DNA of 64,000 bases. It comes from Balanoglossus misakiensis. Its lineage: Eukaryota > Animalia > Hemichordata. The stretch is taken from positions 434,001-498,000 of the forward strand of contig CM082581.2 in NCBI GenBank assembly GCA_040954595.2. The letters run 5' to 3'. Positions 14,164 to 28,700 of this stretch are shown here, one piece after another. The stretch's first letter is position 1; the number at the start of each line of letters is the position of its first letter. Under the pieces are notes generated by a model. That model was not told the DNA's origin and did not search any database. It saw nothing but the letters and a program-made list of their open reading frames with translations. The translations under genes and the position numbers were made by a program.

Positions 14164-14999
14164 GTATTAATAGCAAGGCATCTATAATCGCAGCCGCAGT
14201 GAAACGGGCAGAACTGATGACTCGTATGGCAGGTTTGGAGGAAAAACAGAAATTAGACGAATTGGAATTCAAAATAAACGAAGAACAATCCAAAATAAAC
14301 AAACAAAAACAATTGTTGGAAATCAAAACAGAAATTGCTGAACAGAATGCAATAATCGAAGTGTATCGTCATTTTGAAAATGGTGAAGATGAAAGTAGTT
14401 TACAAGAATACAACCTACAAGATCTCTTTAAGACACCCGCTGCATTTCGGGGCAACATCAAGATGAAGAGTTCAAGTGCTAGCAACTTGGGTAGTTTCCA
14501 CACATGTGATAGTCCCAACGTTACTAAGTCTGATAGTCCTGTCGACAGCATTGTATGCAGTCCAGAAAAAAGAAAACCCGATGTAAACAAGCAGACGAAA
14601 TTCAGTCCTGACCTTGGTTCGTGTACAGGTAGCAATAGCAGCCACAGTTCCTGTAGTGATCATAACCTAGCCACAGTTACTAAACTGTTGTTTGAGCATA
14701 ACAAGCGTGCCGCTTTACCACCGCAATCGATACCCGTGTTCGATGGGGACCCATTGCAGTATAAATCATTTATACGTGCCTTTCGGCATGGCATAGAATC
14801 TAACACTGAAGATCCTGATGATCGTTTGTATTACTTGGAGCAGTATACACGTGGTGAACCGAGAGAAATAGTGAGCAGTTGCATTCACATGGAAGCGAAT
14901 GAAGGATACGAAAGAGCCAGAAAATTGCTTGAAACTGAGTTCGGCAATCCATACGTGACGGCCAGAGCCTACACCAAGCAAGCAGAAATCCGAGGATAA
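14164..14999 (+). pseudogene. gag: BEL-1 gag middle part, copy 2
   Basis: 266-aa ORF identical to 9647-10447, with a coiled-coil-like region and the PVFDGDPLQY motif; ends in a frameshift. Confidence 0.85.
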
Positions 15000-15006
15000 G
15001 ACCGCT

Positions 15007-18000
15007 TTGAAAGATTTCGCTCTTTTCTTGACCAAGTGTGAAAATGCTATGAAAGGTGAATCACATCTGAGAGAGCTCAACCACTACAAAAACTTGCAAA
15101 TGTTGGTTTACAAACTGCCTTTCAAGTTGAGAGACCGGTGGTGCAGCAGAACATACAGTATCGTACAACAACGATCAGTGCAGTTCAAAGATCTTGTGGA
15201 ATTTGTCAACAGGGAAGCCAAGATAATGTCCCAAGAGGTGTTTGGTAACCTCGCCGGCATTCCATCCAAGGACAAGGGAGCAAAGAACATCAAGAAAGCA
15301 ACTAGTGGTACACAAAGACGCAACGCCTACACAGTCAGCACAGAGACTGTTACTCCGTGTTTGTGTTGTGCAGACAGTACACATGAATTTCAAGACTGTC
15401 AAGTGTTTGCCTCCAAGGCTTACGATGACAAGAAACGGCTCATAAAAACAAAAGGGTTATGTTTTGGTTGCCTGAAAGATGGAAAACATATGGTGAAAGA
15501 CTGTACAAGTGAAAAATGTGGCAAGCTGCATCTGACCGTGTTGCACTTCAACAAAACCAAAGACCAGTCTGGAAAACCCGTGTTAACGAATGTGGGGATG
15601 ATTGACGCATCATGTAGATCTGCGGGGAATGGAGAGTGTGCATATAAACCCGTGATTATTCCCGTCAAGGTCAAATGTAGATCGAGTGGTCTTAGTGTAC
15701 AAACGTACGCCTTTATTGACAACGGCAGTGACACAGTATTCTGTACGGAAACACTTCGTCGACAACTGAACGTCGGTGGTAAGAAAACAAAGATTATGCT
15801 GAACACTATCACTGGAAGTAAATCAGCTGATAGTCGTGTTATCAAGGGTCTAGAAGTTTCAGATCTTGATGAGCATTACATCATCAAACTTCCAGCTACA
15901 TATACGCAAGAGAAAATTCCTGCTTCGAAAGATCTCATCGTTACACAAGATGACATTGGCGAGTATCCTTATTTGCGTAAGGTACGCCTGCCTGAGATAG
16001 ATGCGGAAATAGGCCTACTCATCGGTGGTAACGTTCCTGAAGCGTTTGAACCATGGGAAGTGATAAACAGTAATGGAGATGGACCATTTGCCGTACGTAC
16101 CCGTTTAGGCTGGTTCGTAAATGGTTTCCTTACGGGGGCTGGCGTGTCAGAAAATGAAACTGCCGCAACAGTCTGTGGAATACAAGTTGGACCGGCGATT
16201 GATCAGCAGTTAATCAACCTCTTCAATCACGAGTTCAGCGAGCGCATCATAAATGACAAACCCGAAGTTTCGGTTGAAGATAGAAAGTTCATGAGGATTG
16301 CGTACGAACAAACGCAGTTTGTTGATGGTCATTACCAGGTGCCATTACCGTTTCGTGATGACGGTGTTACGATGCCAAACAACAAAGTGGCAGTAGAATA
16401 TCGGCTTTCTCAGTTGGGAAAGAAATTTAGAAACAACGATGACTATCGTCAAGAATATACTACCTTCATGGAAAGTATTATAGACAAAGGCTATGCTGAA
16501 AGGGTGCCACAGGAAGAATTGGAAGGCAATCCTGGAAAGAAATGGTATCTTCCCCATCATGGAGTATACCATCCACAGAAACAGAAAATCCGGGTAGTCT
16601 TCGACTGTGGTGCAGAATACAAGGGAACTTCTTTGAACAAGGAATTAATGCAAGGACCGGATCTGACCAGTTCACTTGTAGGAGTGCTTATACGTTTTCG
16701 TGAAGAGCGGATAGCACTGATGTCAGATATAGAGGCTATGTTCTCTCAAGTTGGCGTGTCGCAAGAAAACCGAGATTTCCAGCGTTTTCTGTGGTGGCCT
16801 AATGGTAATGTAGAGGAACCTCCTATCGAGTACCGAATGACAGTGCACATCTTCGGGGCTACATCGTCACCCAGTTGTGCAAACTTCGCGTTGAAGAAAG
16901 CTTCAGACAATACTTCTGATCTGAGTGTCAAGAACACCATATCTAGAAACTTCTACGTTGATGACATGTTGAAGGCAGCATCAACAGTGATGGAAGGAAA
17001 GTCTTTGGCTGAAGGGCTGACAGACACCTGTAAGAAATCAGGGTTCAAGCTCACAAAGTGGATCAGCAATACGCGTCCAGTTTTGGAAGCAATACCTGAA
17101 GAACGAAGGGCGATAGAGGTGAAGAACTTAGACTTTGAGCGAGATGACTTGCCAATGGAGCATGTACTCGGTATGCAATGGAACGTGGAATCTGACGAAT
17201 TCGGATTCAGAAATCGTACTAAAGAGAAACCAGCGACCAGACGAGGAATTCTGGGAGTGGTTAGTTCATTATACGACCCACTGGGCATGGCAGCACCAGC
17301 GCTTCTGCCACCCAAGATGCTTTTGCAGCAGCTGTGTAAAGCAAAACTAGGCTGGGATGATGATATTCCTGGAAAACAACGCAAAGTGTGGGAGAATTGG
17401 TTGAGGGATCTACCGAAATTAGAAGAGTGTTTCCCAGTACCCAGATGTATAAAGCCCGAGCACTTTGGTGAAGTAGACACAGCTCAGCTACATCACATTG
17501 CTGATGCTAGCGAAAATGGATATGGCACTGTATCATATCTTAGGTTGATCGACAAAAGCGGAAACATCCACAGCACTTTGATGATGGCCAAAGCAAGAGT
17601 GGCTCCATTGAAGCAAATATCGATCCCACGAATGGAATTAACTGCAGCTACTGTAGCAGTGAGGCTTGACAAACTTCTCAGAAAGGAGATGGATTTGCCA
17701 ATCAATGAATCCGTGTTTTGAACGGATAGCAAAACCGTGCTGCGGTACATAAACAACGAAACCACAAGATTTCATGCCTTCGTGGCGAATAGACTAGCAG
17801 TGATTCGAGGAGGATCAGACCCAGCGAACTGGCGCTACATTAATACCAGTGACAACCCGGCAGATGAGTGCTCTAGAGGTCAGAAAATAGATGCTTTTCT
17901 GAAGAACGAAAGATGGATAGGTGGTCCTGATTTCTTGCGGAAGACACAAGACAAATGGCCAAGTGATAGCTACAATACACAGCTAGATCCAGAAGATCCA

Positions 18001-18613
18001 GAGGTGAAGAAATCTGCACTAGTGCATAGAATAGCCTTGAGGTCGGAAGAAGAAACTGTACCCGTGTGTTGGGAACAGTACCTGTTGTTTCGGGAGAACG
18101 ACAGACGCCTGACAAAGGGGCGGATCGATCCATGTCCGTTAATGCGGAGGAGACGGTTCAGAAAATGATAGACCACTACTCCAGTTGGTATAAACTGAAG
18201 AAAGCAGTGGCCTGGATACGTAAAGTGGGTGACACATTGTTGAGATGTGCCAAGAACAAAAGTCGTCGTACAGATGGACCGCATGAGATTACAGTATCGT
18301 CGGACGACGCTAGAGACTCAAAAGCATTGACACCCAGTATGTTGCTTACTATGAAGGGAGTAGCAACACCCCCTGGTGTGACGGAGAAGAACGACTTGTA
18401 TGCTGTACACAGATGGAAGCAAGTGCAGTATCTGTCAGATTTGTATTGGAAAAGGAGGAGAACACCTCCAGAAATGCGTGGCCTTTGGGTGTAATCGTCA
18501 AAGTTATGCCTGATCGGAAAGGGGTGGTGAGACGAGTATTGGTGAAGACCAGATGCAGTGTTTTAGAAAGACCATATGATAAGTTGTGCACATTGTTGGA
18601 AGCACAGACTTAG
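15007..18613 (+). pseudogene. pol: BEL-1 gag-pol (zinc knuckles, aspartic protease, RT, RNase H); premature stop at 17719 and integrase core deleted
   Basis: DNGS protease; WYLPHHGVYHP..KIRVVFD, LMQGPDL and FYVDD RT motifs; ADAS, KARVAPLK and NPAD RNase H motifs; only the integrase C-terminal tail (LTPSMLL, WPLGVIV..PDRKGVVR) remains. Confidence 0.92.
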
Positions 18614-18981
18614 TGGTATTGGTATGGTTGCAGTTACCAGCAGCTGTAATAACAACGATCTCAAGTAGTGGCCAGTCTATCCACTACGTCCAGCATTTGA
18701 TCTCATCTTTGAAGTACAGATGTGTTGGATATCATGCTTGGCAGCATGATTGACCGGACGAGGTCTGGGCATGGTCTAGGATGTATCATCACATTCATGA
18801 AGAAAAGGATTCTTGTATTCGCGTTTCCTGAAAAACTTTCGACTTCGCGTTTCGAGATATTTATAGATATTGTTTTGTAATTTCTATTTGATATGTAATT
18901 TCGGCACATATGGATGTTGGCGTTTTGAATTTGCTAGGATGGAAATTGTTAATGTTTTTTGATGAACAATTTGGGGGCTGG

Positions 18982-19368
18982 TGTAAGGACGCCCAGTTCT
19001 TAGAGAAACTGAAATATTTAGTCTAGCGCCCTCGCGCTGTGAGTACATTAGCGCATGCGCTTTTGTTTAGAAAATATCTGGAAAATTCCATGGCGCACAT
19101 GTGAGGACTTTTGCACAGTTAGCCTGGGGATTTTTGCCAGTTTTCTACGGAAACTTCAACCACCGCGACGCATCATCCAGTGCCAGTGTTGTGTGTTCAG
19201 TCATTAAATGTTCGTGTAAAGTTCCGAGCAGCGTTTTCTGTGACATCTGACAAGGAATGTTCGTCGGCGATGGTGAGCTCCAGTTAGTTAACGGCAAATA
19301 CTATAGAACCCTGTGGCCTTTGATGTGAATTAGGGCACCATTTGAGACGGCACATCGAGGTTACTACA
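18982..19368 (+). repeat. 3' LTR of BEL-1
   Basis: Direct repeat of 5422-5807, followed by TSD CTGGT. Confidence 0.96.
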
Positions 19369-22300
19369 CTGGTAACGTTGAACAAGTCGATTTTTCTAGG
19401 GCCTGGCTTGGCTAAATCTCCGTCACAATATGACAGACACTAGCGTACGTTAGCAACGGTGATCCAGTCAGATTTTCTACGGCATGGCTTGGATAAAGCC
19501 CCGGCACTCTAGAGCAGAAACACGCGTACAGAGACCACGTTGATCAAGTCTGATCTCCTACGGCTTGGCTCGACTGAAACCCCGGCACACTATGACAGAC
19601 ACTAGCGTTCGTTAGCAACGTTGATCAAGTCAGATTTCCTACGGCATGGCTTGGCTAAAGCCCTGGCACTCTAGAGCAGAAACACGCGTACAGAGACCAC
19701 GTTGATCTACTCACATTTCCTTCGGCCTGGCACGGCTGATGCCCCGGCACTATATATAGGACACAGACTGGCGTAAGTTAACAACGGTAATCACGTCGGG
19801 TTTCCTACGGCCTGGCTCAGCTGAAGCCCCTGCACTCTAGAGCAGAAACAGGCGTTCATTGACCACGTTGATCAAGTCAGATTTCCTACGGCGTGACTCG
19901 GCTGGTGCACCGGCACTATATGACACAGACTGGCGTAAGTTATCAACGGTGATTACGTCGGATTTCCTACGGCCTGGTTTAGCTGAAGCCCCGGCACTTT
20001 AGAGCGGAAACACGCGTACATTGACCACGATGATCAAGTCAGATCTCCTACGGCCTGGCTCGACTAAAACCCCGGCACACCATGACAGACACTAGCGTTC
20101 GTTAGCAACGGTGATCAAGTCGGATTTCCTTCGGCCTGGCTCTGCAAAAGACCCGACACTCTAGTACAAAGACGTTGGCTAATCGGGCAAACCGAAGAGG
20201 GAAAGTCACAGCGGTTCAACACTTGACATTTGTTCGGGTAGGACTGCATTATTGCCTGTCAATTTATAGAGAAAGCCCGAATTTAACCAGGGCGTTTCAA
20301 ACACCGACGTTAGTTGGGGGCACGGCCTGCAGTACTGCCGGGTAAGCTGACATCGGCGTACCGCATATAATGTAGGGGGGGGGGGGGAACAGAACGGTTC
20401 AATACTACATTTATTAGATATCAGCTAATTTTGGACAATCATCTAAAATCTAAATCATGTTTTCATATTTGGATATCTGATGATGTATGAAATTTCCATT
20501 ATATGTAAAAATGGTGCTGATAATAAAAAATGCACTGTGAATGAGCTGATTAAATACAAAATTGCGTTTTATTCGTTATTGCACCAAAAAGGTCATTTTT
20601 AGGCAAAACATTCTTTATTTTTTAATTCGGTGACCTGATCATATATAAACAATTGCTTGTATGTTAAAAGTTTTTATGACTTTTAAAAGCAGTGACACTG
20701 GCGGCATTCAACACGAAAATAAAAATTTTAGCCACAATTTGGTCAAAATGGTAAATTTTTCAAAATTACGAAAAATAACTGTTTCCTACATTTTCGGTAA
20801 TCTGATGGAGTATAGAATGCCATTCGTATGTATATATCGATACAATTTCCACAAAAGACAGTCTAATTTGGCTCACTGCTGACAAAATTGCATGTTATCA
20901 AATTTTGCTTGAAAATGTCATTTTTAGAAAAACAATTAATAAAAGCTGTATTTGTTCTTCGAATTCGGTGCCCTGATTATATATGACATGTTGATTGTAT
21001 GTTAAAAGTTTCGACCACACCAAAAATGCTGAGATATTGACGGAATTGAAGAAAAAATAGCCATTTTGGCCATATTTTGACAAAAATGGTAAATTTTTTA
21101 AAAAAATCATAAAAAATTAACTCTTTTCTTCATTTTCGGAAATATTATGGAGCATAAAGTGTCGTTCTCTTGTAAAAAGTGCTGCAAATTCCAGAAAAGG
21201 CGGAATAATTTGAATCACCCAAGACAAAATTACCATTTTCGACTGTTTTTCGAAAAATTGTCTTTTTTACAAAATAAATAAGAATAAATTCTTTTCTTAG
21301 TTTCAAACGGGTAGAGATACTTTCCACACGGGTTTTCTAACATTGAATTCCCATTCATCAACTCATATTTCCTACAGCATAAGTCGGCTAAAACCCTGAC
21401 ACTCTAGAGCAGAAACAGTTGCACACTGGTAACGTTCAACAAGTCGATTTTTCTACGGCCTGGCTCGGCTAAATCTCCGTCACAATATGACAGACACTAG
21501 CGTACGTTAGCAACGGTGATCAAGTCAGATTTTCTACGGCATGGCTTGGATAAAGCCCCGGCACTCTAGAGCAGAAACACGCGTACAGAGACCACGTTGA
21601 TCAAGTCTGATCTCCTACGGCTTGGCTCGACTAAAACACAGGCTTACTATGACAGACACTAGCGTTCGTTAGCAACGTTGATCAAGTCAGATTTCCTACG
21701 GCATGGCTTGGCTAAAGCCCTGGCACTCTAGAGCAGAAACATGCGTACAGAGACCACGTTGATCTACTCACATTTCCTTCGGCCTGGCACGGCTGATGCC
21801 CCGGCACTATATATAGGACACAGACTGGCGTAAGTTAACAACGGTAACCACGTCGGGTTTCCTACGGCCTGGCTCAGCTGAAGCCCCGGCACTCTAGAGC
21901 AGAAACAGGCGTACATTGACCACGTTGATCAAGTCAGATTACCTACGGCGTGACTCGGCTGGTGCACCGGCTCTATATGACACTGACTGGCGTAAGTTAT
22001 CAACGGTGATTACGTCGGATTTCCTACGGCCTGGTTTAGCTGAAGCCCCGGCACTTTAGAGCGGAAACACGCGTACATTGACCACGATGATCAAGTCAGA
22101 TCTCCTACGGCCTGGCTCGACTAAAACCCCGGCACTCCATGACAGACACTAGCGTTCGTTAGCAACGGTGATCAAGTCGGATTTCCTTCGGCCTGGCTCT
22201 GCAAAAGACCCGACACTCTAGTACAAAGACGTTGGCTAAGTCGGGCAAACCGAAGAGGGAAAGTCACAGCGGTTCAACACTTGACATTTGTTCGGGTAGG

Positions 22301-22794
22301 ACCGCATTATTGCCTGTCAATTTATAGAGAAAGCCCGAATTTAACCACGGCGTTTCAAACACTGACGTTAGTTGGGGGCACAGCCTGCAGTACTGCCGGG
22401 TAAGCTGACATCGGCGTACCGCATATAATGTAGGGGGGGGGAACAGAACGGATCAATACTACATTTATTAGATATCAGCTAATTTTGGACAATCATCTAA
22501 AATCTGAATCATTTTTTCATATTTGGATATCTGATGATGTATGAAATTTCCATTATATGTAAAAATGGTGCTGATTATAAAAAATGCACTGTGAATGAGC
22601 TGATTAAATACAAAATTGCGTTTTATTCGTTATTGCACCAAAAAGGTCATTTTAGGCAAAACATTCTTTATTTTTTAATTCGGTGACCTGATCATATATA
22701 AACAATTGCTTGTATGTTAAAAGTTTTTATGACTTTTAAAAGCAGTGACACTGGCGGCATTCAACACGAAAATAACAATTTAAGCCACAATTTG
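19369..22794. repeat. ~2.05 kb satellite, block 2
   Basis: The monomer resumes exactly where it was interrupted at 5421; poly-G at ~20375 and ~22433. Confidence 0.97.
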
Positions 22795-25700
22795 TATGGA
22801 GAAGTGAGAGATTTACTCCAGAAGGATCACGTGACGGAAACTCTTACCCTATCAGAGTTGATATCAGTTGATATCAGAGTTTCCCTCCAAACTTTATACT
22901 TGTAGCAGATTTATTGTAATTTTTGAGTGTTTGCTCCGGCGTTCGTGGGACTTATATATAACCCAGTTTTGGCGCTTTCGGGCAGCTTTTTGTAAGGAGC
23001 TCTGTGGTGTTACTTTGTTGTTGGATTCAGATGGTAATAAACCAGTGTTTTACCTAGCACTGAATCGTTCGCTTCTTTTCCGACGTCAGTATACTCGAAC
23101 CCCCTCCCGGGAGTATTGATCACTGCCACGATACTTCCCCACATTTTTGGTGCCGAGACCAGTATAACAGAGCAAGATGTCGGAACAAGAACACATCGCG
23201 CCACAAGATGGACAACAAGAGGATCAGCCAACAGCGTTGACAAAACTGAAGAGATCGCGTCGTGGTCAACGCGCACAAGTGACCCGACTGTTCAACAAGG
23301 CCGACACCCTCATGAACAATTTCGTAGACGTCGGTACAGACAAGCCGACTACACTCGACACGCTGGAAGGGCTGAACGAACAACTTTAGAACAAGATCCG
23401 TCTACTCGCCGACCTCGAGGTGAGAATCCTCGATCTAATTGACGATGAACACTTTGACGAAGAAAATGAAACTTCAGGCGACTACCAGGCCGAAATCTTC
23501 GAACACAATCATCGCATCGCATCTTTCATCAAGAAAAACAAATCGGAGATGCGGACAACTACTACTAGTACTGGTAATGTAACGGGAAGCAGCCTCGGCA
23601 ACGCGACGCCTCGTAAAACAGTAACTCTACCGAAACTCCAGCTGCAAACTTTCTCAGGCAATGTAATAGAATGGTCGAGTTTCTTCGATGTATTCAAGTC
23701 TTCGATACCTTCGGACACTAATTTGGACAACATTCAGAAGTTTACGTATTTGCGGAGTGTACTCAAAGATGAAGCAGCGAGAACAATCAACGGATTGCCA
23801 CTCACGCACGCGATTGACTTATTGACCGAAAGATACGGACAAACCCATCTCATAGTAGATGCTCATATGACCGCGTTGTGGAATCTACAAAGCCCAACCG
23901 CCGACGTACAAAGTTTAAGGCATTTCTACGACTCGATTGAAAATCACGTTCGAGGTCTTCAGTCGCTGGGTAAGGAGGAAACCACATACGGCGAACTTTG
24001 GTTCCAATAATACGGGAGAAATTACCTCCTAACATTCGAGAGCAGATAGCAAGAAAACATGGTAATGCTGCGTGGACATTAGCAGATCTACGAAAAGCCA
24101 TTCAACACGAGATAAACACCCTTCAAGCCGGCAACCGGGTCGACGAGATAACAATGGCCACTACCAGAGAACCGGAAATAACCGCGTTTCACACGAAAAC
24201 GCAGATGACAGGTAAACAGAAGTTTCGCGCCCCTGTCAAAACGTGCCCGTTCTGCAAAGGGTCACACTTCGCGTCAAATTGCACTGTGGTAACTGATACG
24301 CGCGAGAGACTGGACATTGTGAAGAAGGACAGACTATGTTTTAATTGCTTTGGAAAACATAGAGTTGCGGAGTGTAAATCAAAATACTCCTGCACTCTGC
24401 GCTACACTACGACGTTCCCACCGCTACAACGACGCCAACCGGAGCGTCGTCCTCGCCATCGCCATCATCAAGTACTTCTGATGTCAAAGTAACATTGACT
24501 AATACCGATACATTTACGGATAAGAAGATAAACACTGGGCCAGTGCTGCTGAAAACTGCGTTTGTACCACTGTCTGTCGGACGGGGAGCCCCCATACATG
24601 CCGTCATCCTGTTTGATGAAGGAGCAAATAAGACATTCGTCACTGAGAGATTCGCCCGTCAGCTGTCCGCGAAAGCTACGCGGCACGAACACATAAAGTT
24701 ATCGACCTTCGGTGGCAAGGACTCCAAAGTACGCACCATGGGATTCACCGAACTAACTGCTCATGCTATTCACGCGATGATAATTCCAGAGATATCGTCG
24801 GACTTAACAAATCACATTTCTCAGGAAGTCCACAATATGAGCCACCTGAAAGGGCTACCATTCGCACATCCAGTTTCGAGTGATCAGTCGTGGCCAATTG
24901 ATGTTCTAATCGGAGCCGACCAATATTGGAATTTCGTGGGCTCACACGTTATTTCTGGCGCGTCCGGCCCCACTGCTGTGTCATCCAAATTTGGATACTT
25001 ACTCTCCGGACCCCTCGGAACTCCCAAAGTGGATTCTAATGCGCATATCTTACACGTGATTTCTACTGCTGATACCAGTAACGTAGTTTCAGAGAACTCT
25101 ATCAACGGACTGCATGGAGATCGCGCAACGGACATGTATACACCGATGGATAGTACTGCGATCGGCCGAGAACCACAGGTCCAAAATATGTGGGACCTTG
25201 AATTGATCGGTATTCAGGACAATCCAACAGTTGATGAACAGTTGACGTACGAGTCTTACAGAGACACGCACTTGAGAGTTGACCGAGGAAAATACGTAGC
25301 TAAACTACCGTGGAAGGAAGATCACCCTCCACTACCCACCAACTACGATGTCGCCATGAAACGCACGCGTAATACGATACGCAGGTTACCCTCTGAACTC
25401 ATCAAGAAATATGACGACATAATCAATGAACAGAGACGTCGCGACTTCATCGGAGAGGTTGACGAAGATGACGTGAATATCGGACACTATTTGACACATC
25501 GTCCGGTGGTTAAGAATTCGACCACAACACCCATTCGCATCGTTTATGATTGCTCTTGTAAGAAGGATTCTAATTATCCAAGTTTGAATGATTGCTTGCA
25601 AACTGGACCGTCATTAATAAATGACCTGCCAGCGATTCTGCTGTGATTCCGCGCCAATAACATTGCTTTCACAGCTGACATTGAGAAAGCATTCCTGAAC

Positions 25701-28700
25701 ATTCGGTTGGAAGAAGATGAGAGGAAATTCACGAAATTTCTGTGGCTGTCGGACATTAACGACCCAGAAAGTGACTTCATAACTTTGCAGTTTAAGTCTG
25801 TCTTGTTTGGAGCAGTCTGTTCCCCATTCATCCTCAATGCGGTTATCAAGACGCATTTAGAGAACAATAGTCAACTTCCCACCGCTGACAGATTGGGAAA
25901 TAATATTTATGTGGATAATGTGATCGATGGAGTTGATACTGCAGAAAATGCCATGAAATACTACCATGAAGCCAATGAGTTGATGACATCAGGCGGATTC
26001 AAACTCAGAGCATGGTCTTCCAACTGTCAACAAATAAACGAACTCGCTACATGTGACAATCTGAAGGAACCCACCGAAGATGTATCCGTTTTGGGAATGC
26101 AGTGGTCAACAAAATCTGACTTACTCTAAAGTGGTTAATATGTCGTCGCGTGCCGAACTCGTGACCAAACGTGACATTGTCAGCTATGTGGCGATGCTAT
26201 TTGATCCGTTTGGATTTCTCGTCCCTGTAATGATCAAAGCCAAATTGTTCATTCAGTTACTATGGAAACTGGAATTAGACTGGGATGAACCTATCAACGC
26301 AGATCTCTACACTCAATGGATGCACATCGCAGAAGATCTCAAAGACTCGCAAAACACGAAGATCGAACGACAATATTTTGATGAACTTGAAGGCGACAAT
26401 GAATGCGAGCTACACGCCTTTGCAGACGCAAGCCAGAGAGCGTATGGGGCAGTAGTGTATTTGAAAAGAGGACAGCAAACGTCGTTTGTGATGGCGAAGA
26501 CTAGAACCGCACCAGTGGCTGAAACTACACTCCCACGACTGGAATTGATGGCTGCGTTAATAGCCACACGTCTCAGCAAGTACGCTAAAGAAGCCCTGTC
26601 CTCCAAATATGACATAGTTCGTTGTTATTTATGGAGTGACAGCCAAATTGTCCTTCACTGGCTGAACAGTGAGAAGAGACTTCCGGTGTTTGTGAAGAAT
26701 CGAGTAGATGAAATTCGCGAATTTCAGTCCACAAAGAAATACTGCCCATCAGAACACAACCCAGCTGATCTTTTAACCAGAGGGGTAACCTACGAAATGA
26801 TGGAACGCTCTGAACTATGGCGTAATGGACCAACATGGCTAAAGACAAGCGATTGGCCTAGTTGCCCAGCGTTTGATGTTAATGTGATGCATACCGCAAT
26901 CGAACCAGATGAGACGGACAGATTGCCGCTGCGTTTCGGCAACGGAATCAACGATCAGTCTACCGAGAACGCAGAAATACTCGCTCCCCCCAAAGCCAGA
27001 CAATGTACAGATCGCGAAAATCTGGAAATTACCAGTCCCAATGACTACGGAATTCAACACGTTGTTGACATTTCCAGATTCAACAACTTGGATAGGCTAT
27101 TACGAGTGACAAGTTATGTCCTCAGATTCATCGCACGGATGAAAAAATCTACCGAGGTAAAACACGGGAGAATTACCTCTGATGAGCTGCACCGAGCGGA
27201 AAATATGTGGGTTAAACATATTCAACGGCAGTTCTATGACGCCGAAATCCAGTCTGTGAAATTGAACTTGAGTACATGTGCGCCCATTGTTCGACAACTG
27301 AACTTATTTGTTGACGAAGAAGACGTACTTCGCTGTGGGAGTAGAATCCATAACGCGCCGATCGATTTCGTCACAAGATTTCCCGCCTTGATACCCTCGC
27401 ATCATAAATTGACAAATTTGATAATACGGAAATCACACGAACTGACGCTTCACCAGGGAGTCCAATCTACAGTGACACAGATAAGGCAAAGATATTGGAT
27501 CCCCAAAATTCGGATTATTGTACGCGGTGTCTTACGTGGTTGTGTCATTTGCAACAAAGTTACCGGGAAACCTTACGCGAATCCAGTGCAAGCGCCGCTA
27601 CCAAGTTATCGAGTGAACATTGTCCCAGCATTTACTGTAACAGGCGTGGATTTCACGGGTCATCTTTATACCAAGGCCAAAGATGGGACACGTGCCAAAG
27701 CCTATATCTGTTTATTCACCTGTGCGGTGACGCGTGCCATTTACCTAGAACTGGTTCCTGATATGTCAACCCAGACGTTCATGCACGCGTTTAGAAGATT
27801 CGCCGCGAGACGTTCTTTGCCGAGTAGGATGCTGTCAGACAACGCATCGACTTATTTATCGGCTGCCAATGAAATCAAAACACTGTTTGATACGCCAGAA
27901 GTAAATGACTTTCTCGCCGCACATCGTGTACAATGGACGTTTATACCGAAGCGCGCGCCCTGGTTTGGTGGCTTCTGGGAGAGGCTGATTGCTTTGACAA
28001 AGAACGCTATTAGGAAAACTCTCGGTCGAGCTTACCTAACCTTTGATGAACTCGCAACAGTTGTGACTGAAATTGAAGCCGTTTTAAACGACAGGCCGTT
28101 AACGTACGTGTCATCCAGTATAAACGACAACATTGGATTGACCCCAAATCACTTGCTACATGGCAGGACACTGACCTCATTGCCGTACATCGAGATCACC
28201 GACGAAGAGGTGATTGACCCATCTTACTGTGATAATCGTGAAATCAACAAAAGATATGAACATCTATCAAGATTACACGATCAATTTTGGCGAAGATGGT
28301 CGTCCGAGTATCTGACTGCCCTACGTGAACGACATCCCACCAAAGGAACTCGTGATAATGTCATCAAGGTCGGAGATGTCGTGATAATACACAGTGACAC
28401 TGACAAACGTCCGAAATGGCATTTAGGAACTGTAACAAGGTTGATCTTCGGTAATGATAAACTGGTACGATCTGCGGAGTTGAACACCGCAGGTGGTCCT
28501 ACAAACCGACCTATCCATAAATTGTACCCATTGGAAGTTGTCTCCAAGGAGCTGTCAACTGTGTCTGGAGATAATACAGGTATTGGAGCAGATTCCAACA
28601 CGAATACTGAAACAGTCGACACAGCTGGCGCCTCTGAAGATTCCTCGGTGAAGGCGGATGTTGTACCCCCGAGACGACCTCTCAGAGACTCTGCAGTTGC

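Larger units (their letters stand above)
7283..16374 (+). repeat. Tandem duplication of a 4552-bp segment (7283-11834 and 11835-16374)
   Basis: Identical ORF sets offset by 4552 bp; junction ...gttacgatg|tctgcatagac; copies differ by a few SNPs and a 12-bp deletion near 15510. Confidence 0.95.
5422..19368 (+). mobile_element. BEL/Pao LTR retrotransposon family 1 (BEL-1), defective, with nested insertions and an internal duplication
   Basis: TG...CA LTRs at 5422-5807 and 18982-19368; 5-bp TSD CTGGT (5417-5421 and 19369-19373); purine-rich gggggctgg before the 3' LTR; gag and pol with BEL-type motifs. Confidence 0.96.
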
